Assembly (NCBI GenBank): GCA_000146465.1
Contig: CP001950.1
Reading direction: 5' to 3' (one strand)
Length of the DNA stretch: 64,000 bases
The number at the start of each line of letters is the position of its first letter. Position 1 is the first letter of the stretch. Positions 18,904-28,105 of the stretch are shown piece by piece. Made by a program: the position numbers and the translations under genes. The notes under the pieces were generated by a model. That model did not search any database. It worked only from the letters and a program-made list of their open reading frames with translations, and was not told the origin of the DNA.

Positions 18904-20082
18904 ATGCAGCCCCGAGCTATGGACTTTAATCCTGTTCGATTTGAATACAATAAGAATTACACAAAGAGTATAGCAAGCATATTTAGTAGGGTTGAAATAA
19001 TTTCTACAGATACAGACAGCTCTAGCCGAAAGTTTGTTTTTCCTTCCATTGGAAGCATTAAGTATTGCAAAGCCAGAATAGTAGAGACAGAAAGACTCGA
19101 GACCTCCTGGAGAGAGGTTTATCGTATAAAATTCGATAAGAAGTTTGATTTTAAGCCTGGAGATTCCATTGGAATATTGTGTCCAAACAATGATGCTTTG
19201 GTCGACGAAATAATGAAGATTCTCTGTCTCAAAGATTTTAGCTGCCAAATGAGTAGAACGGGCAAGAACTCCTTCAATTACACTGGAAGAATTAGAGACT
19301 TCTTTAAGTACTACTTCGACTTCGGGGGTCTTCCAAGAAAATCCTTATTAATCAATCTAGCTAGAAGTTGCACGGAAGAAAATCAAAAATATATTGAATA
19401 TCTCTGTTCAAGAGAAGGTATTGCAGACTATCTTGGAATAGGGAAAAGATGGAATAACATTCTTGATATTATAAGGACCTTTAAATGCAAGCCCACCCTG
19501 GAGGAAATTATAGGAGAATGTGAGATTGTAAAGCCTAGGTACTTTTCTCTTATAAATGAAATTGGGAAGGAATCCGAAATTCTTATTGGAATAACAAACA
19601 AGATCTTTAATGAGTTTGTAAGATATGGTCATGTCTCAGACTTTATAATTCAATCGGAGGCCGAAGAGATTGAAGCATGTTTAAGAACAAATCTTCTCTT
19701 CAGAATGGATTACAATAGAAGGCGGATCCTGGCAATATGCACAGGGACAGGAATAGCTCCTTTTCTATCTTTTGTGGCAAATCTTCAATCACACCAAAGT
19801 ATTTGGATCATATATGGGTTTAGGAACGATGAAGATGATATTTCTAAATTGATGAAGTCTGGGGAAAAGATAAAAATATCCAGAGTTAAGTCTAGCGACG
19901 GACACTATGTCACCGATTACTTAGTGGAGAAGATTGATGAGATAAAGGAATATATTGATGAGGAATGTGCAGTCTATGCATGCGGGAAGATGGAAATGCA
20001 GAGGAAAGTGTTTGAAATATTCAAAAATGAGCATCCCGAGATTGTAGAGTCCAAGCGATTGATCTTCGACCAATGGGGCTAA
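18904..20082 (+). CDS. FAD/NAD(P)H-binding oxidoreductase of the CPR/Tah18 (diflavin reductase) type, without the N-terminal FMN/flavodoxin domain.
   Basis: FAD-binding 'PRYFSLINE' (R-x-Y-S type) and 'GDSIGILCPN'. NAD(P)-binding 'ILAICTGTGIAPFLSF'. The protein starts directly in the FAD domain. Confidence 0.6.
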   Translation: MQPRAMDFNPVRFEYNKNYTKSIASIFSRVEIISTDTDSSSRKFVFPSIGSIKYCKARIVETERLETSWREVYRIKFDKKFDFKPGDSIGILCPNNDALVDEIMKILCLKDFSCQMSRTGKNSFNYTGRIRDFFKYYFDFGGLPRKSLLINLARSCTEENQKYIEYLCSREGIADYLGIGKRWNNILDIIRTFKCKPTLEEIIGECEIVKPRYFSLINEIGKESEILIGITNKIFNEFVRYGHVSDFIIQSEAEEIEACLRTNLLFRMDYNRRRILAICTGTGIAPFLSFVANLQSHQSIWIIYGFRNDEDDISKLMKSGEKIKISRVKSSDGHYVTDYLVEKIDEIKEYIDEECAVYACGKMEMQRKVFEIFKNEHPEIVESKRLIFDQWG

Positions 20083-20127
20083 GGCTTTGTGCTTATTATC
20101 TGGCGCTTGAAAGTTCGATTATGGAGT

Positions 20128-21363
20128 TTATTTACTTGTGAATGGGAATTCGACAGGTTTTAGAATCAGGCCTATGAGTATTGCAAAAATGAAGATAGCA
20201 ATAGGAAGCGTCATATGAAGGATATTGTATCTTCCGGACATTCTATGTACTCCAACAAAACCATCAAAAGAGGAGAAATAAACCGATTCGTTCATAAACC
20301 CTACTCCCGTTATTGGAACATTGTAAACTTTTTTTCTCCCACTTAGAACACATTTGTTGAATAGGTAGATGTAACCATCTGCGGTTCCAACAACCGTCCA
20401 CTGGCCTTCACACGACATTGTTGTGATTTTTGGGATGCTGTAGATCTTTTCGTGCACCTCCTGAAAGTACAGCTTGGAATCCTTTCCCTTTAAGTAATAA
20501 ACAAGCATTTCATTGTTGTGAGCTATTCTCCCAATCTCCTTTTCATAGGAATACTTTTTGGAATTGTATACAAAAGTGTATCCTCCATCTTCGTAAACAA
20601 TCTTATGGACTAATCCTCTAGTTATGAAAAATCCTTCCCAGTTGTTAGCTATGTCAGACTTTCCTTCCTCTCTCTTGAAAATAATCCTTCTATCCTTCCT
20701 GAAAGGTCTGTATGTATACTCTTCATGAGACTCATCATTGAGCAAGGATCCATTTACTTTTTTTCTTTTCCTTTCAGGTTTCAGCACCTCATCTAATGAA
20801 TCTGGAGAACTTACCACATCATGGAATCCATACAGCTTTTTATCACTAATGATATATAAATCCTTGGCAAATACTTGGGAAGATATCTTTTTCTTTACTC
20901 TTTTGATAAGCGTGAGATTGCTGCCATCAAATATTAACAAGTAGAAGAATTCTTCCCCTAGGGCAGTAATATAAAGTTTCGAACAATCATCTTCTGTTTT
21001 GTTTTTTGTGTCTTTGTTATCTGGAACCAAGTCTTTACAACCTGAATTATCTTCCGAAGAGTCCTTATTGCTGGCACCTTCTATATCCTCTGAACTCCGA
21101 GCAGAGGAAGAAAGGCTTGCCTCATCATATTCATCCCATGACATATCATCCTCTCCTACCTGAAGAAATTCATCTTTGGTGTTGCAGACCGCTATATCCA
21201 CAATAATTTCGTCTGTTGAATAATAGGCCAGCTCTTTGAAGCGAAAACTCTCCAGAACCTTAACTCCATTGGACTTTCCAAATTCCTTTTCTCCCCCTCC
21301 TCCTCCTACAATAACAAATTCTCCCTTTACTTGCAATGTGAATACAGGAAAAGAAACCTTCAT
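20128..21363 (-). CDS. SEC12: Sec12/PREB-type Sar1 guanine-nucleotide exchange factor (type II ER membrane protein).
   Basis: N-terminus 'PVFTLQVKGEFVIVGGGGGEKEFGKSNGVKVLESF' compared with human PREB '[33 protein letters not shown]'. WD-like body. C-terminal TM anchor 'LPIAIFIFAILIGLIL'. Confidence 0.7.
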   Translation of the reverse strand: MKVSFPVFTLQVKGEFVIVGGGGGEKEFGKSNGVKVLESFRFKELAYYSTDEIIVDIAVCNTKDEFLQVGEDDMSWDEYDEASLSSSARSSEDIEGASNKDSSEDNSGCKDLVPDNKDTKNKTEDDCSKLYITALGEEFFYLLIFDGSNLTLIKRVKKKISSQVFAKDLYIISDKKLYGFHDVVSSPDSLDEVLKPERKRKKVNGSLLNDESHEEYTYRPFRKDRRIIFKREEGKSDIANNWEGFFITRGLVHKIVYEDGGYTFVYNSKKYSYEKEIGRIAHNNEMLVYYLKGKDSKLYFQEVHEKIYSIPKITTMSCEGQWTVVGTADGYIYLFNKCVLSGRKKVYNVPITGVGFMNESVYFSSFDGFVGVHRMSGRYNILHMTLPIAIFIFAILIGLILKPVEFPFTSK

Positions 21364-21420
21364 TTAATGGGTTACGAAAAGGTAAATAAAAACCTTCGAA
21401 ATATCTTTAATTTCCTACCA

Positions 21421-22236
21421 TCAGATCCCTAGAATACAGCTTCTGATCCTCTCTTTTATTGAGCTAAGGATGGGCCCATCTACCTTCCCATTCTGAATAG
21501 GAATTTCAATAGCATTCCAGTTCCTCATATAAATACTGCTTGTCATCCCTCTTTTTACAAAGCAAAACGTCGGTATAGAGTTAAATATCTCTCCCACATC
21601 CTTTATATTCCATCTGCTTACTTGCCACTTGGTTCCATCAAGAAATATACATACAACCTTTTTCCAATCCTCAGACGTAAATCTTCCTACATCGTCCACT
21701 GCAACAACTCCAAATCCTTCAATCTTCAGTTCTACCTTCTCGGCTTCACTGATGCTAATCTCATCGGAACATATTCCCTTCTCAAAGAACTCCTTAACGT
21801 TGCTTAGATTTACGGGAGAAGAAACCGATTGCGGAACTATGGCATAGTAGGTCACTGGTCTCCCTTCTTCCTCTTTCTTGCAAATGTTATTTAAATAGCT
21901 ATAATCCCGGAATCCAATGTATCGGAAGTCCGGTCCATCAATCTTGGCTTCAATAGATGCTTCCTTAAAGTTTTCAATCTCCTCTACAATAATCTTTTGG
22001 TCCGTATAATATATCTTTCCTATTCCACTTTCCTTGCACAACGTCATATACGCCGTGTACTTCTTGTCTTTGTTCAGTAGATAGAACAAAACCTGCTCAA
22101 ATGTATACTCCTTGGTTTCTGTTCCTTTAAATTTGATGGTCTGTTTAGGGGAAATCTTTCTTCCCCCGATAGTTATTTCTTCGGGATTCATTTGGCATAT
22201 GCTGGGATCCCTGAGTGCCCTCTTCAGTAGATCCAT
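21421..22236 (-). CDS. CDC73: Paf1-complex subunit Cdc73/parafibromin (reduced, 271 aa).
   Basis: N-terminus 'LLKRALRD...KEYTFEQVLFYLLNKD' compared with human 'LSVLRQYN...REYYTLDSILFLLNN'. C-terminal Ras-like domain 'WKKVVCIFLDGTKWQVSRWN...IFNSIPTFCFVKRG' compared with '[21 protein letters not shown]...IFAKIKAFHLKY'. Confidence 0.75.
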   Translation of the reverse strand: MDLLKRALRDPSICQMNPEEITIGGRKISPKQTIKFKGTETKEYTFEQVLFYLLNKDKKYTAYMTLCKESGIGKIYYTDQKIIVEEIENFKEASIEAKIDGPDFRYIGFRDYSYLNNICKKEEEGRPVTYYAIVPQSVSSPVNLSNVKEFFEKGICSDEISISEAEKVELKIEGFGVVAVDDVGRFTSEDWKKVVCIFLDGTKWQVSRWNIKDVGEIFNSIPTFCFVKRGMTSSIYMRNWNAIEIPIQNGKVDGPILSSIKERIRSCILGI

Positions 22237-22357
22237 TCAAAAGGGCACTTTCTCAAAGCTTTTTATTTAAGACCTATCCTTGAACATTCCAAGCTGAAGT
22301 ATCTCCAAGTTAAAGTATTTTATTGCTAGGAGTCCGGAACAAAAGGCCTGGAAAGCA

Positions 22358-24013
22358 TCATGCCCTGTTTCTTAAACTTCTGTTTACAAAATAATCGTCC
22401 AGAACTTCCCCATCAACAACCCCACGATCCTTTAGTTCTAAAACACGGCTGTGGAACATCTCTAGATTAAAGGGAGGATCTATAAACAGATTGCTGAGAA
22501 GCCTTACAAATGTAATGGCTTCCTTTTTATCCTGGGGAGTAAATGTAGGTAGAAAAGAGAGGTCAAAGCTGTATTTATGGACCATAAAGTATCTTATAAG
22601 GTCCAATGCCATAAACATTAGGCCGTTCTCAATCAGCTTTTCTATCTCTTCCTCAACCTTGCCATTGTCGGCTATCTTCGGCCTTTCAAGGTTATCAAGA
22701 ATATATGGATACAGATACCCATGATCGTCTTTGACTCTGTTCAACATATTCTTGATACCTTCTACATTAATTCTTGAATACGTTTTAAACTCTCTGGCCG
22801 AAGTAAAATTCTTCTTGATGAAATCGACGATATCATCTCGGAACTCATCCCGAAGCTTATTTTTACTTAGGAACTTCTCGGCAACTTCATAAACATTTTC
22901 ATCATTGTTGAATGAAAGGGTATAATACTTGTTTTCTAGCTCAACCTGGAATGTGTTGTCGTGAGGTTTGATTCCTTCTCCCTTACCGAGAAAAACCCAT
23001 TCTCCATTAATCTCTTGATATACAGATCCATCAGTCACCCGGAACTTCTGTCCATCTGATATAAACTCTCCATCTTTTAATGGCGCTTCTTTGCTATTTC
23101 TAATCTCTTCTAGAATCCTAGAGGCCTCGTCAGAGATATCTGAAGAGTACACATACAGCCTTCCATCACTTCCCCCAACATATACTCTACCTTTCCATCC
23201 AAGGACAGCCCAGCATGATGTTGTAGGCACTAGTATCTCCTGAACTAGCTTAAGATCTTCATTAAGTATTACAACTTTTCCATTCTCTCCTGCACATATA
23301 ATCAGGTCACTATCTCCGTTTGTACAGGAAGATATAGTATACATAAAGTCTTTTGCAGAGTAATGCTTTAAAATCCTTCCGTCCAATGATATCTTGAGAA
23401 TCATCCCTTCATTGTCGACAGAAATAATGCTTTTATGTAAAAGAGCAACTCCTCGGACATATGAAAGGTTATAGTTAAACGTACAAGCCAGAGTCCCATT
23501 CTTAAAAACTCTTACCAACTTGTCGCTACAACCTGTTACAACTGTGTTTTCATTGACAAACTTAGCACTCCAGACAACTGCAGGATGTGGTATCTTCTGT
23601 ACTATAGTTACGTTCCCGTTAAGTATATGCTTTGTAGTCCAGATAATGGCTGAGCAATCCCATGAACTAGAAACAACAAGATCCCCTACTGTATCTAAAC
23701 AGCACACGTTGGAGGAATGCTCCTTTATCAATCTCATAGGCTCAACCTTCTGTTCTTCTTTCTGGGCCCCCAGTTCATCCATAGAATACATAACTATACA
23801 CCCGTTCTGGCATCCGACAAATAAAAATCCGTTTCCAGTCGTGATACAATTGATATATCCCTGCCCAGGCTTAATTTCTGCCCAACAACCAAGTTCATAG
23901 CCATAGATTCTTATCACTCCCTCCCGTCCTCCTGTTATAATCATCTCATCGTTTACAAAGAGCGCCTTAACATCGGAGTTGCTAATCTTTTCGATTTTCT
24001 CTATTCCTATCAT
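22358..24013 (-). CDS. DOA1: Doa1/Ufd3/PLAA (WD40 + PFU + PUL domains; Cdc48 cofactor).
   Basis: N-terminal WD repeats. Central PFU-like 'KPHDNTFQVELENKYYTLSFNNDENVYEVAEKFL'. C-terminal armadillo-like PUL region. The track start is TTG. The ATG is at 24013. Confidence 0.75.
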   Translation of the reverse strand: MIGIEKIEKISNSDVKALFVNDEMIITGGREGVIRIYGYELGCWAEIKPGQGYINCITTGNGFLFVGCQNGCIVMYSMDELGAQKEEQKVEPMRLIKEHSSNVCCLDTVGDLVVSSSWDCSAIIWTTKHILNGNVTIVQKIPHPAVVWSAKFVNENTVVTGCSDKLVRVFKNGTLACTFNYNLSYVRGVALLHKSIISVDNEGMILKISLDGRILKHYSAKDFMYTISSCTNGDSDLIICAGENGKVVILNEDLKLVQEILVPTTSCWAVLGWKGRVYVGGSDGRLYVYSSDISDEASRILEEIRNSKEAPLKDGEFISDGQKFRVTDGSVYQEINGEWVFLGKGEGIKPHDNTFQVELENKYYTLSFNNDENVYEVAEKFLSKNKLRDEFRDDIVDFIKKNFTSAREFKTYSRINVEGIKNMLNRVKDDHGYLYPYILDNLERPKIADNGKVEEEIEKLIENGLMFMALDLIRYFMVHKYSFDLSFLPTFTPQDKKEAITFVRLLSNLFIDPPFNLEMFHSRVLELKDRGVVDGEVLDDYFVNRSLRNRA

Positions 24014-24085
24014 CAACCAGGGTATAAAAAGGTATGTTTAACTAAAGATCATGCCTATTCCGTAAATGGAATCAGATTTTTAATC

Positions 24086-25477
24086 CTAGTCTTTTATCCC
24101 ATGCTTCTTTTTATGCTTTTCACTATATTTGTAATCAAAAAATAACTCTTCATTCTTATCTATATCTCTACTGGCATAGAATCCGATTCGCCTGATCCCA
24201 TTCACAAGCAGAACAAGTGCATTTAGGTTAGAATTTTTCTTCGAATGATTTATAAATCTAGACTCGTTTCCTATGAACCTGGAGTCGATGACATAGAGAG
24301 GAACTCCTTCCCTACTGTACAGATCAAACAAGTATGAACATCCTTTCAAATCATAGAAAGTCCCTCTTCTTTCTGCTTCCTCGTTACTTATTATCTCTCC
24401 CACATACTCAATGATAAACTTTCCCTTGGATATCTTTTCCTTGGCAAACAGGCCATATCCTTCTATTTTGCTAGACGACACATATATTGGCGACTTCTTA
24501 CCCAACTGTATATCTCTGTTTCCGCACTGGTTGCATGAACACGTCTGAATACATTCTCTCATTGCTTGTCTACATCTACATTTATTGTCGCATGCCGAAG
24601 AGCATCTACATCCTATGAAGAAGTTTTTGCATCCCGCACAAAGACAAGACATTTCACAGTTGGTCTTGTTAGAGATGCATACACATCCATTCTCTTTAGT
24701 ACAGTTTCCAGAATGGTCGCAAGGTGTAAAAAAGACATTGAAATCAACATTGTTCTTGCTCTTGCTTTCTATCAAATACTTGTGACGTCCTGGCGGAATA
24801 GCACAAGAATCTTTTATTTTTGTACAAGGAATGTATTTCTTATACCTAAAGTAGAAAAGCAGGGAAGCTATACATTCATACCCTTGAGACTCCATACAGG
24901 CCTCATAAAGGGCGTTATAAGCATTAAAGTCAAGCTCTTCCTTAGTGGATTCCTTGCATGTGATTTTCATTTTCTTGCATATATCTCCACAGATGTCTCT
25001 AGCCTCTACAAATGCATTTGTTGGATTCTTCTCAAAACCTACAGGCTTTATGCAAATTCCTTCTGTCTTGGAGTGCCATCTACATCCAAAAATAAAGCAT
25101 ACATTACAAAAGATTCTTCTCATTATTCGAAGTCCATCATCTTTAACACATTCCTCACGGAAACTTGATCTGTCCCAAACATCCAACTTCTTAGGAAGTG
25201 TCCCTTTAACAACTTCCTTATCATATGAATAGCATTTCTCTATAAATCCCGTGTTCTTGAATTCTGTGAGATTTATAAATCCTGAGGCACCCGGGATATA
25301 TGGAATGAATCTTAAAATAGGATCATCCTCTGTTTTTATGCTTGTATTAGTAAAGGTAAAGAAAGTACTTCGAGTTTTTGGTTCTATTCTAGGAATCACT
25401 ATCTTCTTAACGGAGGGATGGAAGCCGTTGGGTCTTAGATGGTTTTCGGTTGTTGGATTAGTGTTATTGCTTATCAT
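24086..25477 (-). CDS. EZH: E(z)/EZH-type histone H3K27 methyltransferase (CXC pre-SET + SET), the PRC2 catalytic subunit.
   Basis: Cys-rich CXC 'CDHSGNCTKENGCVCISNKTNCEMSCLCAGCKNFFIGCRCSSACDNKCRCRQ...CSCNQCGNR'. SET domain 'GLFAKEKISKGKFIIEYVGEIISNEEAERRGTFYD...NHSKKNSNLNALVLLVNGIRRIGFYASRDIDKNEELFFDYKYS' is closely parallel to EZH2. The track start 25489 is TTG. The ATG is at 25477. Confidence 0.85.
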   Translation of the reverse strand: MISNNTNPTTENHLRPNGFHPSVKKIVIPRIEPKTRSTFFTFTNTSIKTEDDPILRFIPYIPGASGFINLTEFKNTGFIEKCYSYDKEVVKGTLPKKLDVWDRSSFREECVKDDGLRIMRRIFCNVCFIFGCRWHSKTEGICIKPVGFEKNPTNAFVEARDICGDICKKMKITCKESTKEELDFNAYNALYEACMESQGYECIASLLFYFRYKKYIPCTKIKDSCAIPPGRHKYLIESKSKNNVDFNVFFTPCDHSGNCTKENGCVCISNKTNCEMSCLCAGCKNFFIGCRCSSACDNKCRCRQAMRECIQTCSCNQCGNRDIQLGKKSPIYVSSSKIEGYGLFAKEKISKGKFIIEYVGEIISNEEAERRGTFYDLKGCSYLFDLYSREGVPLYVIDSRFIGNESRFINHSKKNSNLNALVLLVNGIRRIGFYASRDIDKNEELFFDYKYSEKHKKKHGIKD

Positions 25478-25745
25478 CTTGGCCTCCAAAGCCCTTTTTT
25501 TCTTTTCAATCCTATATTTTTAAATCTTGGTACCTGGCTTGATGATGTCCTGCAAGGTAATTTGTTTGTGTTATCTCCAAGACCCATGGGAAACAAGAGA
25601 CGGCCAAGCTTTGAACAGGAGTTTATTGACTCATTTGTAAGTGATGAAGTTATCAACTGGAAATTTGACCCAATTCTTCTCGATGGAGAGCTTAAGGCTC
25701 GTTTAAGCCAGGAATAGATATTAACTGCAAATTTTCCTCCCCAGA

Positions 25746-26141
25746 ATGCAAGTATCTACTTGGCCACTTCCTCCAAGATTCAAGAAGAAGGAACCGCCAA
25801 AAATACCGTCCTCATACACAATCTTTGGTGTAGGATATAAGGTAGAAAACGGAGAGCCCACAAGCACTTCATTTTCTTCCGTAGAATTCGATAAAAGCAG
25901 ACTCAAAGATCTTCTTAACCTTTCCTTTTCCACATTTGTTGAGCTGCTAACATTTCCTCTCGACCATCAAGAGCTTATAGAAACAATAGGTAGCATACAT
26001 CTTGAAATTAACCAGATTCTCAACGGAGCTAAAAAGATGGAGGCTGTTTCTGAGATTAGAAGAATTAAGAATGATCATACAAGAAATAAAAACCGAATTG
26101 CCGAGGAGGTTAGAAGGGGAATATCCGACTTCAAGATATGA
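25746..26141 (+). CDS. Hypothetical 131-aa protein lying between the E(z) and EED genes.
   Basis: ATG-initiated ORF (MQVSTWPLPPRFKKKEPPK...). No recognisable domain. A second small ORF (25586..25717, 43 aa) lies just upstream in another frame. Confidence 0.3.
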   Translation: MQVSTWPLPPRFKKKEPPKIPSSYTIFGVGYKVENGEPTSTSFSSVEFDKSRLKDLLNLSFSTFVELLTFPLDHQELIETIGSIHLEINQILNGAKKMEAVSEIRRIKNDHTRNKNRIAEEVRRGISDFKI

Positions 26142-26167
26142 GTTATGGAATCTCAATTCTTAGGATA

Positions 26168-27103
26168 TCAGGCAAGACTTAACACTCTAAAGAAAGAATC
26201 TTCAAAAAGAATAAACATTCTGTTTCTAATTACGCGGAAGTCCCGTATCTTTCCCTTCTTGGTTGATCTTAATATTGTTGATTGGGAAGTGAATCCAATA
26301 TCATTCATCTTGAACAGAATTATGTCCTGTGATTCTGTCACTGCCACTAGCATCCCATCGTCTATCTCGAATCCCCGCAATAGTTGGCCTTCAAACTTAA
26401 CGCCTCCCACAAACTCGGTCCTTGATGTGGGTTCTACTTCCCCATATCTTGGAGAAATGATGTCGATTCTGCTTTCTCCAGAATAGAAAACCAGAAACTC
26501 TCTATAGAACCGAACACATTGAATGGGAAATTTATGGATCCTTGGCGATAAATAAATGGGTGCTACACATTGAAACTTGTTCAAGGAGGAAGGAATCCTC
26601 CAAACTCTTATTGAGCAGTCTGTTCCACCAGACGCCAGATACCTCAAGTCATCACTTACATCGATAGACAAGACATGGTCTCTATGGCCTGTGTAGCCTC
26701 CAAAGACACAGACACACTTTAGTTCCGAGACGTCCCACATCTTTATTGTTGTATCTTCACTACAGCTCAACAGATACTCATCCTTATATCTTTTTATCGA
26801 GAAAATTATCCCTCCATGGGCCTGAATATATCCAACAAATGTCCCTTTCGATAGATTCAGGACTTTTATGATTCCAAGACTTCCGCCGAGTGCTAATAAG
26901 ACATCATTCTGTCTTATAAGAAACTCACTGCATTGAAAGTTCTCGTCTGGATGCTCATCGAGAACTCTTTGGACCATCCTGAGATCGTCGGCATATGATA
27001 TAATCACAGAGGTTCTTTTTCCAACCAGCGATACTATCTCATATTCATCGCAGATACTCATAAATTCAAGATATGCATTGGGTATTTCTATTGACAAAGC
27101 CAT
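26168..27103 (-). CDS. EED: ESC/EED WD40 subunit of PRC2 (reduced, 311 aa).
   Basis: 'DENFQCSEF...LLALGGSLGIIKVLN', 'LLSCSEDTTIKMWDVSELKCVCVFGGYTGHRDHVLSIDVS' and 'GGTDCSIRVWRI' align with human EED 'DENFYTCAW...LLAVAGSRGIIRIIN', '[40 protein letters not shown]' and 'CGMDHSLKLWRI'. Confidence 0.85.
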   Translation of the reverse strand: MALSIEIPNAYLEFMSICDEYEIVSLVGKRTSVIISYADDLRMVQRVLDEHPDENFQCSEFLIRQNDVLLALGGSLGIIKVLNLSKGTFVGYIQAHGGIIFSIKRYKDEYLLSCSEDTTIKMWDVSELKCVCVFGGYTGHRDHVLSIDVSDDLRYLASGGTDCSIRVWRIPSSLNKFQCVAPIYLSPRIHKFPIQCVRFYREFLVFYSGESRIDIISPRYGEVEPTSRTEFVGGVKFEGQLLRGFEIDDGMLVAVTESQDIILFKMNDIGFTSQSTILRSTKKGKIRDFRVIRNRMFILFEDSFFRVLSLA

Positions 27104-27127
27104 AGGGTATTTAGAAAAATGTAACCA

Positions 27128-27958
27128 TCAGCATTCTGTATCAAAAATATAAAATCCTTGGAGATCAATCGATACCGGTGTCCACCCGGGAATCTCCAGA
27201 TCTTTGTTCACCACTGTTACAAGATGACCTCCGCATCCTGCTCCTGTTATCTTTACTTCAACTCCTATATCCCTCATCCTTCTCACCACCTCCCTCATCT
27301 CTCTAGGACAAACTCCCAGCTCATCTAAGAGGTCCTGGCTTTTCCTTATGAGCTTATACAATTCTTCCAAAGTAAATTCTCTTTGAAGTAGCCAATATGC
27401 TTCTTCAGAAATCTTCCCTATTTCATCATACAATTCCTTCTTAAGTTCCCCCACCTGGATGGCAGACTGGGTATTCTTAGGTATTCTGCTATTGAAGATA
27501 AGTATCTTGAATCGGGAAAGATGGCGAGTCGAGAGCTTCTGCACATTACCCTGTTTAAAAGAGATCAAACCTCCTGTATAACAAGCCAAGACATCAACGC
27601 CAGACGCCTTTCCATGAAACATATTTTCTATTGCAAGGGCCTCTCTTGTCATCTTCGAATCTTGGACTCTCCCATATGACAGTAGGAGAGACACTGCAGC
27701 ACTTGTTCCTAGCCCACATCCCAGAGAAGCTTCCAAGAAGAGAATTGCATCTGATCCAGGAATGCTACATTTGTACTTTTCGATTAGGTCAATATAATTT
27801 CCCTCGCCATCAATAACAACAGCCTTATCCCTTGGAGAGGGTTTCATAGCCAGATATCCATATATCTTTATGGAAATAGCCAGGCATCTTGCTCCCGACA
27901 AAACACCATGCTCACCAAATAGTATTACTTTCAAAGGAGATCTAGCCAAGTAAGCCAT
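27128..27958 (-). CDS. ERG12: Mevalonate kinase (GHMP kinase family), reduced to 276 aa.
   Basis: 'SPLKVILFGEHGVLSG' (mevalonate kinase motif 1), 'GCGLGTSAA' (GHMP ATP motif) and 'TGAGCGGHLVT'. ATG verified. Confidence 0.7.
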   Translation of the reverse strand: MAYLARSPLKVILFGEHGVLSGARCLAISIKIYGYLAMKPSPRDKAVVIDGEGNYIDLIEKYKCSIPGSDAILFLEASLGCGLGTSAAVSLLLSYGRVQDSKMTREALAIENMFHGKASGVDVLACYTGGLISFKQGNVQKLSTRHLSRFKILIFNSRIPKNTQSAIQVGELKKELYDEIGKISEEAYWLLQREFTLEELYKLIRKSQDLLDELGVCPREMREVVRRMRDIGVEVKITGAGCGGHLVTVVNKDLEIPGWTPVSIDLQGFYIFDTEC

Positions 27959-28023
27959 CCCAGGTAGGGGCCCTAGAGGTTTGAATAATTAGGGTTAGAG
28001 TCATTCCTTGCTTGGAAAGGAGA

Positions 28024-28095
28024 TTCCTACTGGTCTAGCGGTTAGGATGTCTGCCTTTCAAGCAGGAGGTGGGGGTTCGATTCCCCCGTAGGGAA
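28024..28095 (+). tRNA. tRNA-Glu (anticodon TTC), 72 nt, no encoded CCA.
   Basis: Manually folded cloverleaf. Acceptor ttcctac/gtaggga (one G-U pair). D-stem gtct/ggat with loop agcggtta. Anticodon stem tctgc/gcagg with loop c-t-TTC-a-a. T-arm ggggg-ttcgatt-ccccc. Discriminator A. Confidence 0.9.
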
Positions 28096-28105
28096 TTCTT
28101 TTTTG
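28096..28105 (+). terminator. Pol III terminator T-run (ttcttttttg) immediately 3' of tRNA-Glu.
   Basis: A run of T6 on the coding strand directly after the discriminator base. Confidence 0.5.

Noticed and set aside
20100-20130. 'gttcgatt' T-loop-like string near 20110, examined as a possible third tRNA
   Set aside because: It lacks the GGTTCGATTCC context. No acceptor or anticodon stems can be folded around it. It lies in the 3' end region of the SEC12 gene.
25701-25744. Putative 44-nt intron (GTTTAAG...ATTAACT...CAG) joining the 43-aa ORF to the 131-aa ORF between the PRC2 genes
   Set aside because: Splicing at these sites continues the upstream frame into a stop after about 30 codons. 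It does not continue into the 131-aa frame. The 5' site is also non-canonical.
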